DNA of 64,000 bases from Cyanobacteria bacterium P01_A01_bin.123 (GCA_039815185.1 JBCBZT010000025.1:45416-109415); one strand, 5' to 3'; positions 48,501 through 57,807 are shown, counted from the first letter of the stretch. The notes: generated from the letters alone by a model not told the origin. Numbers and translations: made by a program.

Positions 48501-48698
48501 ACTGAATTAGCAGCAGAACTTGGCCTGCTAGAGTTGCTCAACGATGACGGCACCCTTACCCCAGCTGGAGAGGAGGATGCCACTAACCGCCCTGCGACAA
48601 CCCAGCCAACCGCAAACGACCCCGAAGGGGGTACCGATAACCTCTGCTTCAATGGGGCTGACCCCAACCTTGGAGACTGTGTCCAGTCCACCCCGTAA
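45576..48698 (+). CDS. Two-partner secretion passenger (filamentous haemagglutinin N-terminal domain, beta-helix repeats, choice-of-anchor Q-like end)
   Basis: Signal peptide; NLFHSFQQF and NPAGV TPS motifs; more than 10 NSTVSGNS..GGG repeats; DPLLAPL.NNGGPTQTHALL.GSPAI. Confidence 0.9.
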   Translation: MRNMTSLFGLRAGLVLLLGCGPSLGVTVPAFAQTSVTSASDGTGTAVTFDAASQIYTINGGTQVDANLFHSFQQFGLNANEIANFLANPDVANILARVSGGHASVIDGLLQVSGGNNANLFILNPAGVLLGRNANLNLAGSFSVSTASGLVFGDNVFNASGSNDYSALTGNPTGYVFLGHEGVLLNEADLSVNAGESLTLAGGTVINTGNLDAPEGNVSIVAMPEEGILRISQDGLVMSLAVPTDALNNLIDSGITPLDLPSLLAGEWGGDATTVSTQADGTVVLSTGGAVNAEPGAVISTGTVDVSGVQGGRVVFIGEDIALPAGLIDISGTAAGGDLAVYARDDLRLGVSVDAVGGGQALFDPATLNIDGAAANTIVTTLAGGNAIVEATETINVNAVIDSSAQANNNTLTFRDENADNTLTINLNAGIELGANQTLTGEGTTVNVNTTTAGIVQNGVDVAAADATVNLGEGIYQEGQPVTINRALTLNGAGAGSTILDSQGNHRVLEIANGVTGNVNINQLTISNGSTTGNGGGILNNAAGATLSLSNATVSGNSAGDRGGGIYTLGAVTLSNATVSGNSSTGNGGGIYARNGAIAMTNSTVSGNSSNQYGGGIYTRSVITVTNSTVSGNSSRRNGGGLYSRSGAITVTNSTVSGNSSNRHGGGIWSRNRSITLTDSTVSGNSARVSVGGAYSSHITVTNSTVSGNSAGDLGGGLYATGSLTITNSTVSGNSATNKGGGAYHRNHATITNSTISGNSSNRGGGMYARGGGDVTVINSTVSGNSANDRGGGIFMRNRNGGDLILSNATVGFNTANVDGGGIFVNTTRNNIINNSIVANNNAGRSGPDISANLNSSTITNSLIQDTTGITAGAPTNGVDGNIIGQDPLLAPLVNNGGPTQTHALLAGSPAINGSGVGATPNDQRGVAAIDTRDIGAFEFVAVADQSTLDPDILFNRLAPLTVGEGPGRPILRLSTELAAELGLLELLNDDGTLTPAGEEDATNRPATTQPTANDPEGGTDNLCFNGADPNLGDCVQSTP
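47140..48050 (+). repeat. Intragenic tandem beta-helix repeats (about 66-75 bp)
   Basis: Recurrent ACGGTGTCGGG(G/T)AA(T/C)TC units encoding T-V-S-G-N-S. Confidence 0.85.
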
Positions 48699-48727
48699 CC
48701 CCTAACAATTATTCAGAGCCCAAAATC

Positions 48728-50377
48728 ATGTCCTGCCCTCTGGTCACTGCGATGCTGCCCATTGGTCTGTTATTGCTCGGCCTCGTTAACCCTGCTTACA
48801 GCCAAGTTGACCCCTCTGTTGACCCCCTACCCATCCCCGACCCGCTGCCCCAAGACACCCCGCTAGATCCGCCCACAATTCCCTTAGACCCTGGTCAAGC
48901 CGACGATACTACCCCCATTCCCGTCACCCAAATCCAAGTCGTTGGCAGCACCGTCTTTAGCGCGGCAGATCTGGCAGATCTGGTTGCCCCCTTGGAAAAT
49001 CGCACCACCACCCTGGCCGAACTGCAAACCCTCGCCGATGCCATCAACCAGCGCTACTTAGATGCTGGCTACATCACCACTCAGGTGCGCATCCCCGAGC
49101 AAACCCTCACCGATGGCATCGTCACCATTGAAGTACTAGAGGGACGCTTAGCAGCCATTAACGTCGAAGGAACAGAACGCTACCAAGACTATGTCACAAG
49201 CCGCCTCAACCAAGCCAGCACTGACCCATTGAGCCAACCCGAAATTGAAGATCAACTCCAACTGCTGCAGCTTGACCCCCTGTTTGATGACGTTGAGGCA
49301 GAACTCAGGCAGGGTGATGTCCCTGGGGAAAGTGTCTTAGCTGTGCAACTGCAAGAAGCTAATCCCTTCAGTGGGCGGGTATTTTTTGACAACCAGTCGC
49401 CCCGTAGCGTAGGCAACCTGAGGGCAGGCACAACCTTGGCCTATCGCAGTTTGATTACCCCAGGCGATGCCCTTACGGCTGCTGCCAGCATCACTACTAC
49501 AGGTGGGGCTCAGGCCTATGCTCTGGGCTATCAAGTGCCCGTGAGTCCCAACAACAGCACTGTACGGTTAGGCTTTACCTATGAAGACTTCAACATTACC
49601 GATCGGGATAATCCTGCCTTTGTCCTGGGGGTACGTGGCGACACCCAAATCTATGAAGCGGAATATCGTCATCCCTTGATTCGCACCCCCCGAGAAGAGC
49701 TGGTCTTGTCCCTGGGCTTCCGTCATCGGGATGGGGAAAGTGTAATTCTCAACACTATTACCACCCCCAGCCGCACCAGCGTGTTTCAGTTTGGGCAAGA
49801 TTATCTACGTCGGGATGGCTCAGGCGCTTGGGCGTTGCGCTCCCAGTTTAATCTAGGCACAGGGTTGTTAAATGCCACCATTAACTCTGCTCCCCAAGCT
49901 GATGGCCTCTTTTTCAATTGGCTGGGACAGGTGCAGCGAGTGCAGGTATTAAGTCCAGATAATTTGCTGATTGTGCGGGCAGACCTACAACTATCAGACG
50001 ATTCGCTGCTAGGCAGTGAGCAGTTTGTGATTGGTGGGGCACAGACGGTGCGTGGCTACAGTCAAAATGTGCGAGCGGGTGACAGCGGCTTTCGGCTTTC
50101 GATTGAAGATCGAATTGTGCTGAGTCGCCATCCAGATGGGAGTCCGTTGTTCCAACTGGTGCCGTTTACTGATTTAGGCGCGGTTTGGTTTAGCAACAGC
50201 GGTACTCAACCGACGCAGCAGAATTTCTTATGGGGCGCTGGCTTGGGCATCATTCTGAATCCAGTCCCTGACTTAGAGGCTCGCTTTGATGTGGGGATTC
50301 CTTTAGTGAGACTGAATGAGGTAACCGATCTAGATACCGGGACACAAATCCACTTTTCGTTGGGTTATACGTTTTAG
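48728..50377 (+). CDS. ShlB/FhaC/HecB family TpsB outer-membrane transporter
   Basis: POTRA domain (YLDAGYITT..IPEQ...G.V.I.VLEG), VRGY motif, C-terminal Phe; adjacent to TpsA. Confidence 0.92.
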   Translation: MSCPLVTAMLPIGLLLLGLVNPAYSQVDPSVDPLPIPDPLPQDTPLDPPTIPLDPGQADDTTPIPVTQIQVVGSTVFSAADLADLVAPLENRTTTLAELQTLADAINQRYLDAGYITTQVRIPEQTLTDGIVTIEVLEGRLAAINVEGTERYQDYVTSRLNQASTDPLSQPEIEDQLQLLQLDPLFDDVEAELRQGDVPGESVLAVQLQEANPFSGRVFFDNQSPRSVGNLRAGTTLAYRSLITPGDALTAAASITTTGGAQAYALGYQVPVSPNNSTVRLGFTYEDFNITDRDNPAFVLGVRGDTQIYEAEYRHPLIRTPREELVLSLGFRHRDGESVILNTITTPSRTSVFQFGQDYLRRDGSGAWALRSQFNLGTGLLNATINSAPQADGLFFNWLGQVQRVQVLSPDNLLIVRADLQLSDDSLLGSEQFVIGGAQTVRGYSQNVRAGDSGFRLSIEDRIVLSRHPDGSPLFQLVPFTDLGAVWFSNSGTQPTQQNFLWGAGLGIILNPVPDLEARFDVGIPLVRLNEVTDLDTGTQIHFSLGYTF

Positions 50378-50500
50378 CAATTAAGCCGTAGACAAGCAGA
50401 AATCATTCACGATAAGAGGCTATTGATTGGCTCAACTGGTATCGGCGGCTCAGCAAAGACTATGAACGCCTTAACTCCAACAAGGCTTCATCGGTTGCTG

Positions 50501-50935
50501 TTATTGATAGACGACCGCTTCGAGACTGTCGTCTGCATCAGCATCTGAGTTTGTGAGATGATCATCGTAAGGGCCGATCTTGTTAACGTTGAGCCCATTC
50601 TTGAAGACAATTTGCAGGCCATGTTCTTCTTCCCAATCGCAATTGCACTCAAGTGAGATGTAGATACCTTTATCGCGATAAGTGCGGCGTCTGGATATGT
50701 TGCCATACCTCGCTAGGTGATCTAATCTCCATGAATTCATCTTCGTCAGGTTGCCAGTTATTGTTACAGTCCCGGTAGTACTGAAAAATATAGGGTTCAG
50801 CTTCCGTAAGCACAGATTTTGGTATTGACAAGAAATTTGCGATCGCAGCGTGAAAATCATCCTTATTAGGATCTTTATCATACCCTTCAAGAACGATCTG
50901 ACAGAGCTTTCCGCCAAGTGCTGCTAATGATAACT
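50501..50935 (-). pseudogene. Frameshifted, 5'-truncated DUF6985-like gene
   Basis: One frame reads LGGKLCQIVLEGYDKDPNKDDFHAAIANFLSI...SEVWQHIQ and stops near 50670. A second frame continues SRRRTYRDKGIYISLECNCDWEEEHGLQIVFKNG. Confidence 0.65.
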
Positions 50936-50957
50936 GTACGCTCTCGATTAAATACAG

Positions 50958-51392
50958 TTATTGATAGGTTTCACCGTTGTGCTGAATCCATCCGTCAACA
51001 TGACGTCCTTCCGGATCATGATGCGTCCAATGGATGACCCCGCCTTCAGGATTCCACTCATATTTACCGTAGAACATAATTAAATCGCCCTCTTGAAGTG
51101 AATTAATCCTCGGGGCTAAGTCGATATTATGGGCAATCAATAAGGTCTGTCCTGAACTGAGCCTGATGATAAATCTTTGATGTCTACTGCCATCCAGATC
51201 ATCTGAAAGAATTCTGATTACGGTTCCTTCACCTTCGACTTGAAAATTACTTGTTTGATTTTCAAAAGCATCTTCTAATAATTGCTCATTGTTCTTCGTT
51301 GTAATTAAAATGTTTGAGTCAGGAGTCAATGTGCCTTGAGTACATCCATAAGATGCGGCAATCAACACAATCAAAATCAGAAATTTGCGCAT
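50958..51392 (-). CDS. DUF3465-like exported OB-fold protein
   Basis: Signal/lipobox YGC; DDLDGSRHQRFI, AHNIDLAPRI, YEWN..GGVIHWTHHDP; visibly AT-rich. Confidence 0.85.
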   Translation of the reverse strand: MRKFLILIVLIAASYGCTQGTLTPDSNILITTKNNEQLLEDAFENQTSNFQVEGEGTVIRILSDDLDGSRHQRFIIRLSSGQTLLIAHNIDLAPRINSLQEGDLIMFYGKYEWNPEGGVIHWTHHDPEGRHVDGWIQHNGETYQ

Positions 51393-51477
51393 ATTAAACC
51401 TTTATATATCTTTTGTATATCTATAGATGATCATGGCTTTGCAAAAGTTTTTTCTATGATTGGCCGAATAATTGGCT

Positions 51478-53532
51478 CTAAATTCCCAGTTTTAACCGCC
51501 ATGTCAAAATTTTACCCGTGTTAAGTGGGGCATGATCAATGGCTTTGAGTCGCCATGGCCCGTTGGCAGTATGCCCCAATAGACTCGTCAGGCAAGGGGT
51601 GGTTGCTAGAGAATAGATCTTTTGCAGCTGGGTTTGGCGACCTAGCGTACGCCCTTCTAGTAAAACGGTTTCCCCATTGGGTGCAATCAGGCTCAAGCTG
51701 AGGTCGCCGAGGTAATCGTGGGCGAGTTCTACCTCGATTTGAATGTCTTGAACAGTGCCGTTTTGGGTTCCTGAAATCGTGCTAGTTGCGCCGTTGCGGT
51801 TGTCATCTGGAATTGTCACTGCGACCAGATTTTCAGCTTCGAAGACTTGAGTAATGCGGCGATCACGTCTTTTCTGCCGTGCAGCCTGCACTGCTTTGTT
51901 GGCATTCACTTTACCGTAGCCAAACCAGCGGGAATGACTATTGTTGTCATAGGTGCCATATTGCAACTTAAGCTGTGGGTCGGGGGCATTATCTACGATT
52001 TTGTCTGCGGTGGTTTGCAAAATTTGCCGCACTTCACGTGCAGTTAACTCTGGGTTTGCCGATAGGACTAAAGCTGCCACCCCAGCCGCGACCGGGCAAG
52101 CACTAGAAGTGCCGCCAAATCCACTGGTATAGCTGTTGGTGCTGTAGCCTGCGTCACCGCTGCGATCGCTGGTGACCATGCCCCGACCCGGGAGTGACGT
52201 ATTAATCTCTGGCCCGGTGTTAACGGTGCCGACCTGGGGTAAAGACATGTTGGGTTTGCCGTTGTTGCTGGGGGCCGCGATCGCGATTTGATCTCCCCAG
52301 TTGCTGTAAGCGGCCTTTTGGTTCAAGCTGGTACAAGCTGATACCACCAACACATCTGGGTGGACTGCAAAGCCGTTTAGCCAAGTTGTGCTGCCCCGCA
52401 GTGCCCCTTGAGGCCAGCCCTTTTCTGCAATATCGCCCTGTACTGGGCGATTGGCATTACCCGCTGAAAATAGCACCACACATCCTTTACCGCCCCGTCC
52501 CTGGGTCGCCGCTCGGTTAATGGCAAGACTTTGTCGCCTGCTGAGTGGAAAGTAAGTTGCCGCCGGAGACCAACTACAGGAAATCACTGCAGCGCCTTGG
52601 GCCACGGCCCAGTCAAACACCTGCTCAATGGATCTGTCGTCCAAAAAACCCGTGGTTTGAATCGGCATCCAGCTACATCCAGGGGCGACCCCGACGATAC
52701 CATCGCCGTTTTCTTCGCCAATGGCTAAGCCAGAAACCGCCGTGCCATGGTTATCGTTGTCATCCGTTGGGGAGGGCAACCCATCGCGGTTTTTCAAATC
52801 TCTAGGCGCGACGAGCTTCCCCGCTCCCTGCAAATCGGGATGGCTCAGGTCAAAGGCATCGTCTGAGATGGCGACGACAACCGAGCGACTACCGCGAGTG
52901 ATGTCCCAAGCGGACTCGGCAAAAATGTGGGAATTTGCCCGCAGAGATTGTCCACCGCTGTGGTTGAGGTGCCACTGGTTGGGGTAGAACGGATCTTGGG
53001 GACGATAGGTAAGCGCACTGTGGATGATGATATTAGGTTCGGCTACCATCACTTGGGATAAAGTGGCGAGCTGATTGGCAATTTTGATCGGGTTGTCTTT
53101 AGCTGTGGCGGTAATCCGAAAGGCGATCGCGTTGGGAATGCCAGTGATCGGTTCTAATTGCGCTAATCCCAAAGGCTGAACCAACTGGGTGATCACATGA
53201 CGAGCGACGGTCGGGACAAACTGCACCGTCAGTTCATCTGTCAGATACACCAGGGTTTGGGCGCTGGCTTTGAGGCGATAGACATGGCTAGCAAAATCGA
53301 CCCCAGCAGTTTGACGTGCTTGGGTCATGGCCGATTCCAGATGTCTGGGCAAAACGGTCCATTCCAACAAGCGTCCTGCTGCCACGAGGGTGACATTCTG
53401 GGGACGAATTTGGTTCATTAGGGTTTGCTGCAATGCTGCCGACAGCCCAGGTGTGGTAAACCGATCGACAAGCTTGATTAGCAACAGCTCTTCTCCGCCG
53501 CGCTGGAGTGTAATGGTAGATGGCTCGGTCAT
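51478..53532 (-). CDS. S8 subtilisin-like serine protease with C-terminal proprotein-convertase P domain
   Basis: Triad motifs DDAFD, HGTAVSG and GTSSACP; P domain IPD...H.YLGDL...G.WRL...D. Confidence 0.93.
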   Translation of the reverse strand: MTEPSTITLQRGGEELLLIKLVDRFTTPGLSAALQQTLMNQIRPQNVTLVAAGRLLEWTVLPRHLESAMTQARQTAGVDFASHVYRLKASAQTLVYLTDELTVQFVPTVARHVITQLVQPLGLAQLEPITGIPNAIAFRITATAKDNPIKIANQLATLSQVMVAEPNIIIHSALTYRPQDPFYPNQWHLNHSGGQSLRANSHIFAESAWDITRGSRSVVVAISDDAFDLSHPDLQGAGKLVAPRDLKNRDGLPSPTDDNDNHGTAVSGLAIGEENGDGIVGVAPGCSWMPIQTTGFLDDRSIEQVFDWAVAQGAAVISCSWSPAATYFPLSRRQSLAINRAATQGRGGKGCVVLFSAGNANRPVQGDIAEKGWPQGALRGSTTWLNGFAVHPDVLVVSACTSLNQKAAYSNWGDQIAIAAPSNNGKPNMSLPQVGTVNTGPEINTSLPGRGMVTSDRSGDAGYSTNSYTSGFGGTSSACPVAAGVAALVLSANPELTAREVRQILQTTADKIVDNAPDPQLKLQYGTYDNNSHSRWFGYGKVNANKAVQAARQKRRDRRITQVFEAENLVAVTIPDDNRNGATSTISGTQNGTVQDIQIEVELAHDYLGDLSLSLIAPNGETVLLEGRTLGRQTQLQKIYSLATTPCLTSLLGHTANGPWRLKAIDHAPLNTGKILTWRLKLGI

Positions 53533-53813
53533 ACGGGACGGCTCAGGCGTGTGCCACTGATTCTAACGGCCACTCGGTTTAGCATGACTCGTTTCGCGAT
53601 AGAGGATAAGCGATTAAAGGAAAAACGCGATCGCAATTGGAACTTGACTGTTACCCTAGCAGTCTAGGTGGGAACCCGGTAGCCTAATCGGGTGATGCGA
53701 CGGTGATGATCGCCTCCTAGATGAAACCCGGACATCTCATGGTTGAATTAAGGAATGTGTCAACAACCGTCAGCCTTGGATTAAATTCATTTCGCAGCCT
53801 TTTTATCAGAACT

Positions 53814-54806
53814 ATGGCAATGCCCCTTTTCAACTCTCTTCAGATTCGTCAATCCCTTCAAATTGGCTTGCCTGTGGGCCTGCTTTTGGGGCTGTGGGCA
53901 CCCGTTCCTGCCCTGGCTCAAGTTGTCTCCCAGGTCGGCTCTCAAGATAGCACCCCCCAGTTGGAGCAAGCCCGCCCTGAAGCCGCTGGCACGTTTAATA
54001 TTGCCACTGGGCAACAGTTGGTGACAGAAGCCGAAGCGGCGATCGCGAATCAAAATTACACCACTGCTGTGAGCAAGCTGACTCAGGCGCGTCAGGTTTT
54101 CGAGCAGCTTTCCAATTACTACAGTGACCTTTCCGGTGTGTTTTCCGGCATCGATAATCGTCTGAGGGACAGCAATCGTGCCCAAGCCTTAGAAGCCGCT
54201 GAGTTGCGAGATGCCACTTCCTACCAATTAGCTTCGGTTTACCAGGCCCAAGACACCCTAGATTTGGCAATTCCGCTGCTGATTGAAGTGATTAACAGTC
54301 AGCAGCCCACCCGCGAACTGGGTGAGCAAGCGTTCACCAAACTGTGTGAGATTGGCTTTACTAACTGTGCCGAGCAGACCGAAACCACTGGTAACTATAA
54401 CGTTAGCGCTGGGCAGCAGTTGATGGCGGAAGCTGAAGGCGCGATCGCGGTGCAGAATTACGCGGTTGCTTTAGAAAAGTTGAACGCAGCCCGCGACATG
54501 TTCAACGCACTTTCGGATCATTATCAAAGCCTCTCCCAAGCGTTTATTGGCATTGACGGTGAGGTTTCCGAGAGCAGCCGTTCCCAAGCGCTAGAGTCAG
54601 CCCAGCTGCGTGACGAAACGTCTTACCAAATGGCGCTCATTCATCGCAACCAAGGTAGCCCAGAACGGTCTATTCCTCTCCTGATCGAAGTGGTTCGGAG
54701 TCAGCAGCCCACCCGTGACTTGGGTCAACAAGCCTATCAGCAGCTGTTTGAGCTAGGCTTTGTAGACAGTCCTTTCCCGAGCCGCAGTTCTCGGGCAAAT
54801 CGCTAA
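53814..54806 (+). CDS. Exported helical (TPR-like) protein with internally duplicated domain
   Basis: Signal peptide ending ALA-Q; two similar ~125-aa units, each ending IPLLIEV..SQQPTR.LG.QA...L.E.GF. Confidence 0.8.
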   Translation: MAMPLFNSLQIRQSLQIGLPVGLLLGLWAPVPALAQVVSQVGSQDSTPQLEQARPEAAGTFNIATGQQLVTEAEAAIANQNYTTAVSKLTQARQVFEQLSNYYSDLSGVFSGIDNRLRDSNRAQALEAAELRDATSYQLASVYQAQDTLDLAIPLLIEVINSQQPTRELGEQAFTKLCEIGFTNCAEQTETTGNYNVSAGQQLMAEAEGAIAVQNYAVALEKLNAARDMFNALSDHYQSLSQAFIGIDGEVSESSRSQALESAQLRDETSYQMALIHRNQGSPERSIPLLIEVVRSQQPTRDLGQQAYQQLFELGFVDSPFPSRSSRANR

Positions 54807-54979
54807 GGCGATTGGTAGAAACTCAGCCAAGCATTCTGGCTTAAGCAAACATTTAGGCTGGTTCAATCTGCCAAAGAATTGGCTAGACTAAAGGGATACA
54901 GCCTGATTACAGCGGGCTGTAATTCTATAGGTTCTATAGATTTTATTGACTAGCGTTCATATCAGGTTGAGGAGCAAGC

Positions 54980-55231
54980 ATGGTCAGCCCTGATCAAGTT
55001 GAAGTAATGATTAAAGCAGGATTGCCCGACGCCCAAGTGGAGGTTCAAGACCTTACTGGCGGTGGCGATCATTATCAGGTCACTGTTGTGTCGAGTGAAT
55101 TTGAAGGGCGATCGCTGGTGCAGCAGCATCAATTGGTATACGGTGCCGTCCGTCAGGCGATGTCTTCAGAGGCAATCCATGCCCTGGCCCTAAAAACCTA
55201 TACCCCAGACACCTGGGCTGCTAAAGCCTAA
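54980..55231 (+). CDS. bolA: BolA family protein
   Basis: GGGDHY...[33 protein letters not shown]. Confidence 0.95.
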   Translation: MVSPDQVEVMIKAGLPDAQVEVQDLTGGGDHYQVTVVSSEFEGRSLVQQHQLVYGAVRQAMSSEAIHALALKTYTPDTWAAKA

Positions 55232-55302
55232 GGGATTTGGCAGCTCACCCTCAAAGGCTTGATTCGGCCACTTTTTCTGTTGTTTGTTTCTTACTAAATC
55301 CT

Positions 55303-55626
55303 ATGACCCCTGAACTTAAAGCACGCCTTGACGACCTCCTGCAAAGGAACAAAATCATGGTGTTCATGAAGGGCAATAAGCTGATGCCCCAGTGTGGTTT
55401 TTCGAACAATGTGGTTCAGATTCTCAACATGTTGGGTGCATCCTACGAAACCGTAGACGTGCTAGATGACTATGACATTCGTCAGGGCATCAAAGAATAT
55501 TCCAACTGGCCCACGATTCCCCAGGTTTATATCAATGGCGAATTTGTGGGTGGTTCAGACATTTTGATTGAGCTGTATCAAAACGGCGAATTGCAGCAAA
55601 TGGTTGAAGTGGCTTTAGCCTCTTAA
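55303..55626 (+). CDS. grxD: Monothiol CGFS glutaredoxin
   Basis: [19 protein letters not shown]; directly downstream of bolA. Confidence 0.95.
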   Translation: MTPELKARLDDLLQRNKIMVFMKGNKLMPQCGFSNNVVQILNMLGASYETVDVLDDYDIRQGIKEYSNWPTIPQVYINGEFVGGSDILIELYQNGELQQMVEVALAS

Positions 55627-55713
55627 CCTTTTCTTTCAAGTGCTAATTGAGACCCAAATCGCTCCTCTTTGCCCCCCAATCCTGGGGGGTTCTGAGATTC
55701 AAGAGGTTGATTG

Positions 55714-56853
55714 GTGCAGCCAGAAATTACTATTGTCCCTTTGATGCAGATGGCGTCAGGCGATCGCTTGTCGCTTCAAACCTATTGCTTTCAAGGGGCA
55801 ACACCGGGCAAAAAAGTTTACATTCAAGCCAACTTACATGGGGCGGAACTGGCGGGTAATGCTGTTGTTTATGCGCTGATTGAATTTTTTAGCCAGCTTG
55901 ATGCAGCTCAGCTGAAGGGTGAGGTGTTGCTACTGCCCCTATGCAATCCACTAGGGGTAAATCAGCGTACTCATCACTTTGTCTCTGGACGGTTTAATCC
56001 TTACGATGGCCGCGACTGGAACCGCATTCATTGGGACTACGAAAAAACTGGGGCCGATATTCCTGCTTTTGCTAAGGCTCACCTCAAAGACAGTCCTGAG
56101 CAAATCATTCATGCCTTTCGCCAGCAAATTGGCTTGGCTTTTCAAAGAGAGCTCGAGACGCTGCGATCGCCAGCAGGGGTACCGATTCATCAGCTTTATC
56201 GCACTCAGCTTCAGGCGTTAGCCCTTGACGCTGATTACCTGGTGGATTTGCACAGTTCCACGAATGAAGGGTTGACCTATCTCTATTATTTCGATCGTCG
56301 AGCTGACAGTGCCCGGACGTTTGGGTTAGATTTCGGTACGCTGCTTGACCAGTACGATGGGGATGCCTTCGACGAAGCTTTTATCAAACCCTGGTTGGCT
56401 TTAGAGATGGCCTTTGAACAGTTGCATCATCCGCTCCGGCTCGATATTGAAGCCTTCACCCTAGAATTGGGGACAGGGATGCAGATCGATGCCGATGCGG
56501 TAAAGCGGGGCATCGCAGGGGTGCAAAATTATTTGGTGCACAAAGGCATGTTGCCGTCGATTGAACCCCCCAGGGTGAACGAATCGGCAGTCAAATTTGC
56601 CCACCATAGCCGCGTGATTAAGTATTATGCAACCGCTGGGGGGTTGGTGCAGCAGCGCCTTAAACCAGGAACTACGGTGAAAAAAGACCAGCGGCTATAT
56701 CAATTGCTGGTTTACAACAAATCTGGAGATTTGCCCCAGGTGGTCGATACGGATGCGATCGCAGATGGTTTGATCTTCGATGTTTCCACTAACCATGCGG
56801 TCAACCAGGGGGAATATGTGATGGCGGTGGTTCCGTTTGATGAGTCACTTTAA
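55714..56853 (+). CDS. Succinylglutamate desuccinylase/aspartoacylase (M14-like) family protein
   Basis: HGAE, NPLG, DWNR, DLHS, TLELG. Confidence 0.88.
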   Translation: MQPEITIVPLMQMASGDRLSLQTYCFQGATPGKKVYIQANLHGAELAGNAVVYALIEFFSQLDAAQLKGEVLLLPLCNPLGVNQRTHHFVSGRFNPYDGRDWNRIHWDYEKTGADIPAFAKAHLKDSPEQIIHAFRQQIGLAFQRELETLRSPAGVPIHQLYRTQLQALALDADYLVDLHSSTNEGLTYLYYFDRRADSARTFGLDFGTLLDQYDGDAFDEAFIKPWLALEMAFEQLHHPLRLDIEAFTLELGTGMQIDADAVKRGIAGVQNYLVHKGMLPSIEPPRVNESAVKFAHHSRVIKYYATAGGLVQQRLKPGTTVKKDQRLYQLLVYNKSGDLPQVVDTDAIADGLIFDVSTNHAVNQGEYVMAVVPFDESL

Positions 56854-56912
56854 TTTGACAAGTCACTCTAAAAGGATTCATCGACATAAGAAAAGTTATG
56901 GGTTCATCCTTA

Positions 56913-57077
56913 CTAATTTTTCTTGGCAATGATCCAAACTGCATGCACGATGCCCAAAATGTAGAAGCCCAAAATAGTCAATAGCAAATTAATCCAGAAG
57001 TCTTTACCTAAACCGACTTGTAGGAATACCCCAAGCGGTGGCAATAGAATGGCACATATAATGCGAACAAGATCCAT
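56913..57077 (-). CDS. yqaE: YqaE/Pmp3 family small membrane protein
   Basis: Below the ORF-track cutoff. Manual translation: MDLVRIICAILLPPLGVFLQVGLGKDFWINLLLTILGFYILGIVHAVWIIAKKN*. Confidence 0.92.
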   Translation of the reverse strand: MDLVRIICAILLPPLGVFLQVGLGKDFWINLLLTILGFYILGIVHAVWIIAKKN

Positions 57078-57206
57078 GTATCTCTACTCCGCAAACTACA
57101 CAAAGCCCATATTTAACTATATCAAGCTGGAGTTCGGGGTATCGCGCCCACTCTCAGCCTCCTACCCTAATGCGATAGGATTCTAAGGTAAAGCGCTGCG
57201 ACCGAA

Positions 57207-57446
57207 ATGACTAACGTGCCAGAATCTCGCCTAGATCGGCTAGAAGCCCTAGCAGAAACAACATTGCTAGCCATTCAGCAACAGCAAGGGCAAATTAATG
57301 AGTTGCGAGAAGGCATTGGCGAAGTCGTTAGCATGTTTTCTCAGCAGGCGGTTCAAGTTGCTGAGATGCAGTCTGAGATTCGCGGGTTGCAAGTTGAAAA
57401 CCGTCGCATCCTAGACCATCTGTTTGGACAGCAGGGTGAGGGGTAA
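57207..57446 (+). CDS. Small coiled-coil hypothetical protein
   Basis: SRLDRLEALAE...EIRGLQVENRRILDHLFG heptad pattern. Confidence 0.7.
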   Translation: MTNVPESRLDRLEALAETTLLAIQQQQGQINELREGIGEVVSMFSQQAVQVAEMQSEIRGLQVENRRILDHLFGQQGEG

Positions 57447-57609
57447 CCGGGGCGATCGCTTTTTTCTGATCCTCCAGTATTATTACAATACGTTTGCCCT
57501 CTGTTGAGCGCCCTTATGCATCTGTTAAAATCGATTGCTCGAAGGGGAACCCCCGATATCCCTGCATTGGGTACGACGTCAATCAAGTTCAAAAAACCTA
57601 GAATCTCCT

Positions 57610-57807
57610 ATGACTACCGGTAACGTTAAATTCTTCAACTCGACAAAGGGCTTTGGCTTCATCACACAAAGTGATGGCGGTAAAGATCTCTTTTTTCATG
57701 TGTCAGATATTGATGGACAGGAACCTCGCGAGGGGGATAGTGTCGAGTTCGATATCACAGAAGGCAGAAAAGGGCCTCAAGCCTCTAACGTCCGTGTTAC
57801 CTCCTAA
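57610..57807 (+). CDS. Cold-shock domain protein (CspA family)
   Basis: [14 protein letters not shown] (RNP1), DLFFHVSDI (RNP2), [10 protein letters not shown]; 65 aa. Confidence 0.95.
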   Translation: MTTGNVKFFNSTKGFGFITQSDGGKDLFFHVSDIDGQEPREGDSVEFDITEGRKGPQASNVRVTS

